Source: Anaeroplasma sp. (GTDB taxonomy: Bacteria; Bacillota_I; Bacilli_A; Acholeplasmatales; Anaeroplasmataceae). Taken from it: DNA of 32,000 nt. The DNA lies in contig JBJEFS010000119.1 of NCBI GenBank assembly GCA_051874325.1, forward strand, positions 865-32,864. The letters are read 5' to 3'. Every line of letters starts with the position of its first letter. Position 1 is the first letter of the stretch. Positions 1-7,466 of this stretch are shown here, in pieces. A program made the translations under genes and the position numbers. The notes beneath the pieces were generated by a model. The model did no database searches. It was not told the DNA's origin and saw only the letters and a list, made by a program, of their open reading frames with translations.

Positions 1-2
1 TA

Positions 3-311
3 ACTTCATATTTTAAAGGAACAATTTATTTGAAGGATGCTATTTTATTAGCATATTCTGATAAAAGTTTATTATTAGATATGAATGAGCTTATAATAGA
101 AGTTGCTAAAAAAAATGAAGTTATGAATTATAAAGTTGTAAGATCTGCAATGGACAAATCTTTAAATACTATGTTAGATAATACTGATATTAAAGTTATT
201 TATGAGATTTTTAATGAAGATTACGATGGAAGAAAAATTAGTTTAAAATATTTCATTGATTTATGTATTCGTTTTTTAGAAAAACAAAGATATTGCTGTT
301 TAGAAAATTAA
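3..311 (+). CDS. Spo0A C-terminal (Spo0A_C)-like DNA-binding domain protein, 5'-partial
   Basis: The frame is open from nt 3 to the window edge. FKGTIYLKDAILLAYSD...VVRSAMDKSLNTML...RKISLKYFIDLCIRFLEK aligns by eye with the Spo0A effector domain (IKGYLYLREAI...VERAIRHAIEVAW...KPTNSEFIAMVADKL). The TTG at 30 is probably not the real start. Confidence 0.6.
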   Translation, partial: TSYFKGTIYLKDAILLAYSDKSLLLDMNELIIEVAKKNEVMNYKVVRSAMDKSLNTMLDNTDIKVIYEIFNEDYDGRKISLKYFIDLCIRFLEKQRYCCLEN

Positions 312-353
312 AAAAGGAACTACCCTCCTACAAGTAGCTCCATTGAATAAATT

Positions 354-396
354 ATTGTATAATGTATTATTTTTCGTGCCATTATACAATTTTTTT
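354..396 (+). terminator. Rho-independent terminator after the Spo0A_C-like gene
   Basis: Perfect 11-bp stem attgtataatg (354-364) / cattatacaat (380-390), followed directly by TTTTTT (391-396). Confidence 0.6.
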
Positions 397-514
397 ATTA
401 GGTACGAAAGTACCTAATAAAAGGGGATGTTTGTGCTAATTGCTTCACTACAATTAGCACATTTATATTCTAACAATTCGTTAAAATATTAACAATTTTA
501 TTTATTCTTTCATT

Positions 515-916
515 TTACAATAGATTATATTCTTCATCACTTACAGGTTCACACCAATCTGTTCCAGTATTTTCTCCTGGTACTTCTATTGCAATATGAG
601 TAAATTCACTATCTTTTGTAGCACCATGCCAATGTTTTACCCCTACTGGTATGTTAACTATATCTCCTACCTTTAGTTTTTGAGGTTCTTTTCCTTCTTC
701 TTGATACCAACCTTCTCCTTTAGTTACCATTAATATTTGTCCTCCGCCTTTTGTAGCTTTATGAATATGCCAATTGTTTCTACATCCTGCTTCAAAAGTA
801 ACATTAGCAACGCTTACGCCTAATTCTGTTGACAACATTTTTAAATAACTTTGTCCTATAAAATATTTTCCAAATGGATTTGGCTCTCCTTTTCCAAATA
901 ATACTTCGTATTCCAT
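515..916 (-). CDS. cupin domain protein
   Basis: 133 aa. Cupin motifs are visible: NNWHIHKATKGGGQILMV...GDIVNIPVGVKHWHGA. Last gene of the minus-strand operon. Confidence 0.85.
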   Translation of the reverse strand: MEYEVLFGKGEPNPFGKYFIGQSYLKMLSTELGVSVANVTFEAGCRNNWHIHKATKGGGQILMVTKGEGWYQEEGKEPQKLKVGDIVNIPVGVKHWHGATKDSEFTHIAIEVPGENTGTDWCEPVSDEEYNLL

Positions 917-928
917 AATAAATCCCTC

Positions 929-1543
929 CTAATCTACTCTTTCAATTCTAACTGTAAAATCTACATTCATATTTCCTAGTTTTTCAATACCAGATTCAAA
1001 TGTTCCTAATTTAACAAGAGAATTTGAATATCTAAAATCTTTATAAAAAACTGATAAATTTCCCCATGGTGCATAGTATGAAAAATCTCCTATTTGTGGA
1101 TCATAACCTGAAGGAGCTCCTTCAGTTGATAATTTTTCTGGTAAATTTGCAATTTTTTCTGTGTTATTATAATCTTCAAAAGTTAATGTTAAAGGTAACA
1201 TTTCTAAAAAATCTTTGCTTGATTGATTATTATCTAGTTTTACATATACTTCTTCATTATTAAAAGTTAATTTAATTCTTGTATTTTGCATATCTTCATT
1301 ACTATTCCCTTCATTGGTTTGTAGGCTGCTAGTTGTTTGTTCAGTTGAATTATTACTTTGCAATATTTCATTGTTATTTGTTATATTAGAAATTGTTTCA
1401 TTATCTTGCTCATACATTTGACTTGTGTTAGTATTATTATTTGTACCTTCTGTTTCTTTTGAATTTAAAAATACTATTCCACCAACAATTGCTGATATTA
1501 CTAAAATAGAAATTATAATTATAACTATTTTTTTCAATTTCAC
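929..1543 (-). CDS. cyclophilin-like fold protein (Cyclophil_like2 type) with N-terminal signal-anchor and N/Q/T-rich linker
   Basis: N-terminus MKLKKIVIIIISILVISAIVGG. C-terminal IKLTFNNEEVYVKLDNNQSSKDFLEMLPLTL...GDFSYYAPWGNLSVFYKDF matches the cyclophilin-like family commonly linked to flavodoxins. Confidence 0.7.
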   Translation of the reverse strand: MKLKKIVIIIISILVISAIVGGIVFLNSKETEGTNNNTNTSQMYEQDNETISNITNNNEILQSNNSTEQTTSSLQTNEGNSNEDMQNTRIKLTFNNEEVYVKLDNNQSSKDFLEMLPLTLTFEDYNNTEKIANLPEKLSTEGAPSGYDPQIGDFSYYAPWGNLSVFYKDFRYSNSLVKLGTFESGIEKLGNMNVDFTVRIERVD

Positions 1544-1565
1544 TCTTCTCCTTTATTTACAATTT

Positions 1566-2276
1566 TTAGAATCCTATTTTAGATAACCAATTTTGTACTG
1601 TACTTTTAGAATTACCTGCTGATGAACCACTTACTGCTAATCCTTCTGTTACAGTAGCATTTGGTTCTTCTTTTTTTATTTTATTAGGTGTTCCTGATAG
1701 TCCTGATCCTCCATGTGTAATAAATGGAGCTATTGTTTTTCCTGATAAATCATATTCATCTAAAAATGTATATAGTGGCATTGGCATATCTGCCCACCAG
1801 TTTGGATAACCTAAAAATATTGTGTCATATTGTTCTATATTATCAATTTTAGTTTTCAACTCTGGTCTTGCATTATTTCTTTGTTCTTCTTGTGCATAAT
1901 TTACTAATTCATTATAATCACTTGGATATGCTTTTGTTGTTTCTAATTTTATAATATCTCCTCCAACTTCTTCATGAATGAAATTTGCAACTTTTTCTGT
2001 GTTTCCACTTTGTGAAAAGTATAATACTAATACCTTTCCTTTTTCTTGTGTGTTTGTGATTATATTTTGTTGTTCATTTTCATTATTATTTGTATTTTCT
2101 TCTTGTTTTGCAACTTGGCTATTATTCTTATTATTTTGATTTGCTGTATTTAATGTGTTTTCTTCTGTATTATTGTTATTTTTATTTAAATTCATGGCTG
2201 CAAATACACCTCCTACTATAATTAATAAAATTACTACTATTATTAATGCTATAACTTTATTGTTCATTTTTATCAT
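1566..2276 (-). CDS. flavodoxin (Flavodoxin_4 type) with N-terminal signal-anchor and N/Q-rich linker
   Basis: VLVLYFSQSGNTEKVA...YDTIFLGYPNWWADMPMPLYTFLDEYDLSGKTIAPFITHGGSG. N-terminal hydrophobic segment KVIALIIVVILLIIVGGVFAA. Confidence 0.85.
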   Translation of the reverse strand: MIKMNNKVIALIIVVILLIIVGGVFAAMNLNKNNNNTEENTLNTANQNNKNNSQVAKQEENTNNNENEQQNIITNTQEKGKVLVLYFSQSGNTEKVANFIHEEVGGDIIKLETTKAYPSDYNELVNYAQEEQRNNARPELKTKIDNIEQYDTIFLGYPNWWADMPMPLYTFLDEYDLSGKTIAPFITHGGSGLSGTPNKIKKEEPNATVTEGLAVSGSSAGNSKSTVQNWLSKIGF

Positions 2277-2823
2277 CCTTTCCTTTTTTTAGATTCAAAC
2301 AATTTCCCATTGTTTCCCCTGTTTTTAAATAAGTATAATTAGGAAACTCAAATAATATTGGTTTAAATTTTGTATAATCTATTTTGCCTTTTTCGTTTAA
2401 ATTTTCCTCTTGTGCATAAGTATTCTCTATCTTCAAAATAAAATTTTCAAATGTATCAGTTTCATATATATCATCTACTTTACATTCCATAACAACTGGT
2501 GCTTCATTAATTATTGGAGCTCCTGCATCTCCTATGTGGTATTCAAATGTTTTTGATTTATCTACTTTACTACCACTTATACTTCCTACATAATCTGCCT
2601 TTTCTAACATTTTTTCATCTACTATATTTATAGAAAGTGTCTTTGTTTCTTTAATTCCTTTATTAGTATAATGTGGTTTTGCAAGACTAACCATAACTCT
2701 ATCATGTCCTATAATTCCACAATGTCCTACTAATACCCAATTAGCTTTTCCTTCTACCATTGTACCTACTACTATTACTGGCATAGGATATAATGCTAAT
2801 TTTGCTCCTATGTTTTTTTGCAT
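2257..2823 (-). CDS. flavin reductase-like FMN-binding domain protein
   Basis: 188 aa. LALYPMPVIVVGTMVEGKANWVLVGHCGII... is typical of the Flavin_Reduct family. Overlaps the next gene by 20 nt, suggesting translational coupling. Confidence 0.75.
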   Translation of the reverse strand: MQKNIGAKLALYPMPVIVVGTMVEGKANWVLVGHCGIIGHDRVMVSLAKPHYTNKGIKETKTLSINIVDEKMLEKADYVGSISGSKVDKSKTFEYHIGDAGAPIINEAPVVMECKVDDIYETDTFENFILKIENTYAQEENLNEKGKIDYTKFKPILFEFPNYTYLKTGETMGNCLNLKKGKDDKNEQ

Positions 2824-2835
2824 ATCAAAACCTCC

Positions 2836-3582
2836 TTATTTTGCAACTTCATTAATACATCTAATTGCATTTAAAGTTCTTGGATAACCCACATAAGGCA
2901 ATAATGCAGTTGCAGTATCTAATAATTTTTGCTTATCGTTTCCAACATTTAGATTTCCTTGAATATGTCCTTTTAATTGTGGCTCTAAACCACTTTGAGC
3001 TAAAAGTATAGAAAATGTAATTAGCTCTCTTGTTTTAACATCTAATCCATTTCTTGTATAGTAATCTCCAAAACAGTTATCTGACAAAAATTTTTGAATG
3101 TGTACTTGTTCTTTTGGAGAACTCTCGTATGCTTTATCAATTACATCTCCGAATATTGATTTTTGTACTTCTAATCCTTTATCAAATCTATTTTCCCTTG
3201 TTGTTGTACCTTGTTTTTCTAATGGTAATTTTATTCCTCTTTCTTCAAATATCTTGTTTGTTGGTTCTAATAAATCTAATACTTTTAATACTCCCACATA
3301 AGGCACTGATTGATATAAGATTTCTTTTATTTCAATAGGTGTTACGCCTACATTTAAAGCTGCTTTTAAAAATATCTCATATCTTTTTGGTGTTTGAGAT
3401 GCTATTGTTACTGCTAATATTACCATCTGTCTAGTTCTTTCATCCAAGCTCTCGTGTTCTAATACTTCATCAAAATTAAAATTTAATAATATTTCTATTA
3501 GTTCTTCATCTAGTGTATCTGTAACTCCTATTTCTGGAAATAGTTTTTCATGATTTTTCATTGCTTTATCTGTAATATTCAT
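2836..3582 (-). CDS. carboxymuconolactone decarboxylase (CMD/AhpD-like) family protein, two CMD repeats
   Basis: Two repeats of the CMD helix pattern (LDERTRQMVILAVTIA; LDVKTRELITFSILLAQ). Confidence 0.8.
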   Translation of the reverse strand: MNITDKAMKNHEKLFPEIGVTDTLDEELIEILLNFNFDEVLEHESLDERTRQMVILAVTIASQTPKRYEIFLKAALNVGVTPIEIKEILYQSVPYVGVLKVLDLLEPTNKIFEERGIKLPLEKQGTTTRENRFDKGLEVQKSIFGDVIDKAYESSPKEQVHIQKFLSDNCFGDYYTRNGLDVKTRELITFSILLAQSGLEPQLKGHIQGNLNVGNDKQKLLDTATALLPYVGYPRTLNAIRCINEVAK

Positions 3583-4256
3583 CTATCTTTCTCCCTTCTT
3601 GAGCGGTTGCTCTTAAATTTATTTAATATTTTAAAAATAAAATAAATAACTAGTTCTATAAATAGTATTGCTCCAATATATTTCAAATAAAATATAATTG
3701 TATTTTGGTTATAATCATAAAATTTAAAATCATTCAATAAAAACATATCTTCCCAAAGTTTTAATGATATAAATGAGTATAGTCCCAATCCCATTAAAAC
3801 TACTTGCATAAAGTAATATACATATTCAAATGTGCTATTTTTCATTTTTTTATTTATTTTACTCATCATACTATTTAAGTGTAATCCAACATGAATTGCC
3901 ATTAGTACAAATCCCCACGAAGTAGATGCCATATGCAACCTTCTTCCAAACATAGTTGTTTGTATATTTAAAAAAGAAAATACTGTACTTGAAATCATTA
4001 TGCCACTTATTATCATTCCAATCATTGCAATTAGTAACAATAAATTAATGATAATATGAAATGTTCTTTGGAAGTTGTGCTTTCCTTTTACTATACTTTT
4101 ATACCATTTGATATTCAGAATGTTGTGAATAATAAATAATATAAATGTAATTGTTCCTAATATTTCGTGTATCTTATTTCCTGTTGCGAAATATCCCATA
4201 AGAATGATAAAAAATATTGTCATTGCTATATCTATTATGCTTCTAAATTTTTTCAT
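3579..4256 (-). CDS. DUF4405-like integral membrane protein
   Basis: 225 aa, multi-TM. N-terminal IIDIAMTIFFIILMGYFATGNKIHEILGTITFILFIIHNILNIKWY resembles the His-containing DUF4405 signature. ATGA overlap with the next gene. Confidence 0.6.
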   Translation of the reverse strand: MKKFRSIIDIAMTIFFIILMGYFATGNKIHEILGTITFILFIIHNILNIKWYKSIVKGKHNFQRTFHIIINLLLLIAMIGMIISGIMISSTVFSFLNIQTTMFGRRLHMASTSWGFVLMAIHVGLHLNSMMSKINKKMKNSTFEYVYYFMQVVLMGLGLYSFISLKLWEDMFLLNDFKFYDYNQNTIIFYLKYIGAILFIELVIYFIFKILNKFKSNRSRREKDR

Positions 4257-4265
4257 ATCATCACC

Positions 4266-5765
4266 CTACCTTTCAGATATTCCGTTTTTAGAAAGCCAAT
4301 TTGAAATATCATTTGATAAAGTTGATCCACCTGAATAGTGAATACTTAATCCTTCTCCTATTTTTGAATTTGGTGCTAATTTTGATATGTCTGAAATACT
4401 TTGTCCGAATTCTCCTCCTCCATGACTACAAAATGGTAAAATTGTTTTTTCTGATAAATCATATTCTTCTAAAAATGTAGCAACTGGCATTGGAATTGTT
4501 GCCCACCAATTTGGATACCCTAACATGATTACATCATATTGTTCAATATTTTCTACTTTATTTTTTAGTTCTGGTCTTGCATTTGAGTTTAAATCTCTTT
4601 GTGCTTCGTCTAATACTTTATTATAATTTGAAGAATAAGGATTTACTAATTCTAATTCAAATAAATCTGCTCCTGTCTTTTCTTGGATTATTTGTGCTGC
4701 TCCTTCTGTATTTCCACTCCAAGAAAAATATACTATTAATGCTTTTTGATTATCATTTTGTGTTTGAGCCAAATTTTTATTTGTATTTTCAACTATTTCA
4801 TTACTTGAAGTATTATCTACATTTCTTGCAATTCTAAATCCAGTATTATTCATTTTTTGATTTGGTGCTAACGAAGATCTATATGCACTTCTCATGTGTT
4901 TTGCATAATCGTTCCAACTTCCTCCACGATTAATTCTTAAACTTCCAGTTGTTACTCCTGATGGATTATCTGTATTTTGTGTGTCATATTCTCCATAATA
5001 GTCAAAACACCATTCTCTTACATTTCCATGAATATCATACAATCCCCATTTGTTTGGAGAAAAACTACCTACTTTAGTTGTTGTTTGTCTATATTCTCCT
5101 GGTTTGGTTTCAAGATTACTTTGTGAAAAATAATTTTCTTCTATTCCATAAGGATAATGTCCATAAAAATTAGCTTCGTCTGCACTTATTGAATTTTCTG
5201 TGTTAAATGGAGTTGTTGTTCCTGCTCTTGCTGAATATTCCCATTCTGCTTCTGTTGGAAGTCTATATCCATTGTTTGCTCTATTCCAAGTTACATTTTC
5301 TCCATTTATAGTGTAAACTGGTGTAAGTCCTTGTTTTTCACTTAAACGATTACAATATTCTATTGCGTCATACCATGTAATATTTTCAACTGGTAAATCT
5401 TCTCCTTTAAAATTGCTTGGATTTTCTCCCATTATTTCTTGATATTCTTTTTGTGTTATTTCATATTTTCCTATATAGAAATCATTTAATGTTACTTTAT
5501 GTTGCATCTCATCTTGTTCTCTTTGTGCTTCGGTTTCTGGACTTCCCATTTCAAATGTTCCACCTTTTATAAGAATAAGTCCATCTGTTCCTTCAGTAGT
5601 ATTCATATTATCACTTCTTTCTTGTTCATTATTTGCCTGAGCTGGATTGTTTGTTTCGTTTTTTACTTTATTATTATTCGTTAGTGCAAAAATTGTAATT
5701 CCAACTGCTAATACTATTAGAATACTAATTAATAAAGCTATTACTTTCTTATTCATCTCTTTCAT
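4266..5765 (-). CDS. signal-anchored FGE-sulfatase (SUMF1/EgtB/PvdO) domain fused to a C-terminal flavodoxin domain
   Basis: FGE-type motifs: GGTFEMGS, ITWYDAIEYCN, RLPTEAEWEYSARAG, WGLYDIHGNVREWC, RGGSW, FRIAR. These are followed by ALIVYFSWSGNTE...GYPNWWATIPMPVATFLEEYDLSEKTILPFCSHGGG. Confidence 0.85.
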   Translation of the reverse strand: MKEMNKKVIALLISILIVLAVGITIFALTNNNKVKNETNNPAQANNEQERSDNMNTTEGTDGLILIKGGTFEMGSPETEAQREQDEMQHKVTLNDFYIGKYEITQKEYQEIMGENPSNFKGEDLPVENITWYDAIEYCNRLSEKQGLTPVYTINGENVTWNRANNGYRLPTEAEWEYSARAGTTTPFNTENSISADEANFYGHYPYGIEENYFSQSNLETKPGEYRQTTTKVGSFSPNKWGLYDIHGNVREWCFDYYGEYDTQNTDNPSGVTTGSLRINRGGSWNDYAKHMRSAYRSSLAPNQKMNNTGFRIARNVDNTSSNEIVENTNKNLAQTQNDNQKALIVYFSWSGNTEGAAQIIQEKTGADLFELELVNPYSSNYNKVLDEAQRDLNSNARPELKNKVENIEQYDVIMLGYPNWWATIPMPVATFLEEYDLSEKTILPFCSHGGGEFGQSISDISKLAPNSKIGEGLSIHYSGGSTLSNDISNWLSKNGISER

Positions 5766-5992
5766 CCTTTCTTATTTTTAGTTTTTTCTAAATCTACTAA
5801 TAAATAATCGAGAATATCCACCTCCCTTTGACTTTGGTGCATTCGTTCTAATATTGTCTTTCTATGTTTTGCAAGTAAAATTAATATTCTTTCTATGTCA
5901 TTTTGTTCTAATAGCTTAAAAAATTCTTTTATAATTTTATCATTGCAACCTGCATCTTCTAGGTTTTGTTGTAATCTTTCTTTTTCTTCCAT
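5762..5992 (-). CDS. small helical hypothetical protein (first gene of the operon)
   Basis: 76 aa ORF with ATGA overlap to the next gene and a GGAGG RBS (plus-strand cctcc near 6000). No recognisable domain. Confidence 0.55.
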   Translation of the reverse strand: MEEKERLQQNLEDAGCNDKIIKEFFKLLEQNDIERILILLAKHRKTILERMHQSQREVDILDYLLVDLEKTKNKKG

Positions 5993-6029
5993 TTAAAACC
6001 TCCTACCCATTTAATTATCTTTTGATATT

Positions 6030-6058
6030 ATTATATGACTTATATTTTAAAATAACAA
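6030..6058 (-). promoter_or_regulatory. candidate sigma-A promoter of the flavodoxin/FGE operon
   Basis: Minus strand reads TTGTTA-N17-TATAAT (-35 at 6053-6058, -10 at 6030-6035), about 40 nt upstream of the start at 5992. Confidence 0.45.
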
Positions 6059-6085
6059 ATACTTATTTTGAATAGTTAGCCATAG

Positions 6086-6114
6086 TTGACAGGAATAGCA
6101 AAAAAAATTATAAT
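6086..6114 (+). promoter_or_regulatory. consensus sigma-A promoter of the LysR gene
   Basis: TTGACA (6086-6091), N17, TATAAT (6109-6114). GGAGGG RBS and ATG at 6146 lie downstream. Confidence 0.65.
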
Positions 6115-6145
6115 TAAATTGTATATTGAAAATGGAGGGTTATTT

Positions 6146-7043
6146 ATGGAATTAAGAGTTTTGAGATATTTTTTAGCAGTTGCAAGGGAACAATCCATAA
6201 CAGGTGCTGCTGAAAGTTTACATGTAACACAACCCACTCTTTCAAAACAATTAATGGATTTGGAAGATGAACTTGGAAAAAAATTATTTATTCGTGGGAA
6301 TAGAAAAATCACTCTTACTGAGGATGGAGTTTATTTAAGGAAAAGAGCTCAAGAAATAATAGATTTAACTGATAAAACTGAAGCTGAATTTCATTCTTCA
6401 GATGAAATAATAACTGGAGATATTTATATAGGTGCTGGTGAAACAGAAAGTATGAGAATTGTCGTTAAAGTAATTACAAAATTACAAGCAAAATATCCTC
6501 GGAATACACTTTCATTTTTTAAGTGGTAATGCAGATTCAGTTATGGAAAGATTAGATAAAGGACTTCTTGATTTTGGTGTATTAATAGAACCTTCTGATA
6601 TAAAAAAATTGGATTGTTTATCGATTCCTTATACTGATAATATGGGATTATTGATGAGAAAAGATTCTCCTTTAGCAAAACAGAATTATATTTTACCAAA
6701 GGATTTAATTGATATTCCTATAATTGTTCCTGCTTCTATTGTTAATTATAATAGTTTTTTTAAATGGATTGGATCTGATTTTGAAAAATTAAATATTATT
6801 GCAACTTGTAATTTGATTTATAATCCTTCTTTATTAGTAGAAGAAGGTAATGCCTATGCGATTTGTATTGATAATCTAATTAATACTACTGGAGATAGTA
6901 ATCTATGTTTTAGACCTTTTACTCCTAGTGTTAATCTTTCTTCTGTAATTGTATGGAAGAAATATCAAGTTTTTTCCAAGGCTTCTCAAAAATTTTTAGA
7001 TGAGTTAAAAAAAGAATTTAAAAACAATAAAGATGCTTTTTAA
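6146..7043 (+). pseudogene. LysR-family transcriptional regulator, interrupted by a 1-nt frameshift
   Basis: MELRVLRYFLAVAREQSITGAAESLHVTQPTLSKQL is a LysR HTH. The frame ends at 6529 (KYPRNTLSFFKW*). Deleting one C near 6497-6500 gives KYPGIHFHFLSGNADSVMERLDKGLLDFGVLIEP, continuous with ORF 6543..7043. Confidence 0.8.
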
Positions 7044-7068
7044 AGTCATCTTTATTGTTTTATTGTTT

Positions 7069-7452
7069 TTATGGTTGCTCCATAAAATCTTTTCTTTTCC
7101 CTGCTTCTATTTCATTATATAATTCTATTTTATAATCTAATCTTTCTATTGTCTTTTTTATTTCTTCTTGTTTATCTAGTAGTACCTCTCTTTGTTCAAT
7201 TAATAATTGTTTTCTAGCTGTTACTGTTTCTTTACCTTGTTTAAACAAAGTCATATATTCTATTAGTGCTTCAATTGGCATTCCAGCAGATCTCATACAT
7301 TTTATAAATTCAACCCATTTACATGATTTTTCATCAAAATCTCTTATTCCTGATTTTGTTCTTGGAATTTCTGGTAACAAACCAATTCTCTCGTAATATC
7401 TAATTGTATCTTGTGTTAAATCATATTTTTTACTTACTTCTGCTATTGTCAT
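7069..7452 (-). CDS. MerR family transcriptional regulator
   Basis: MTIAEVSKKYDLTQDTIRYYERIGLLP plus a C-terminal coiled coil. Sits immediately downstream of the DXS-like gene. Confidence 0.9.
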   Translation of the reverse strand: MTIAEVSKKYDLTQDTIRYYERIGLLPEIPRTKSGIRDFDEKSCKWVEFIKCMRSAGMPIEALIEYMTLFKQGKETVTARKQLLIEQREVLLDKQEEIKKTIERLDYKIELYNEIEAGKRKDFMEQP

Positions 7453-7466
7453 ATAATTTCTCCATC

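Noticed and set aside
1066-1263. Antisense ORFs in the track: 1066..1263, 3054..3338, 3098..3301, 4577..4837, 5499..5684, 6076..6312, 8136..8357, 11573..11797, 12438..12653, 16514..16807, 17100..17372, 17415..17639, 18101..18286, 19202..19438, 19781..19966, 20727..21251, 23002..23187, 23738..23986, 24173..24457, 24607..24822, 27156..27416, 28053..28283, 30386..30598.
   Set aside because: Each lies opposite a longer ORF with clear domain content. Their translations are F/L/I/S-rich low-complexity sequence, as expected from reading AT-rich coding DNA backwards, and no RBS evidence was seen.
1290-2200. N/Q/T/E-rich low-complexity coding stretches (also 5600-5700) as possible DNA repeats.
   Set aside because: They are in-frame linker regions after signal-anchors in three operon proteins, and no exact tandem DNA repeat unit is visible.
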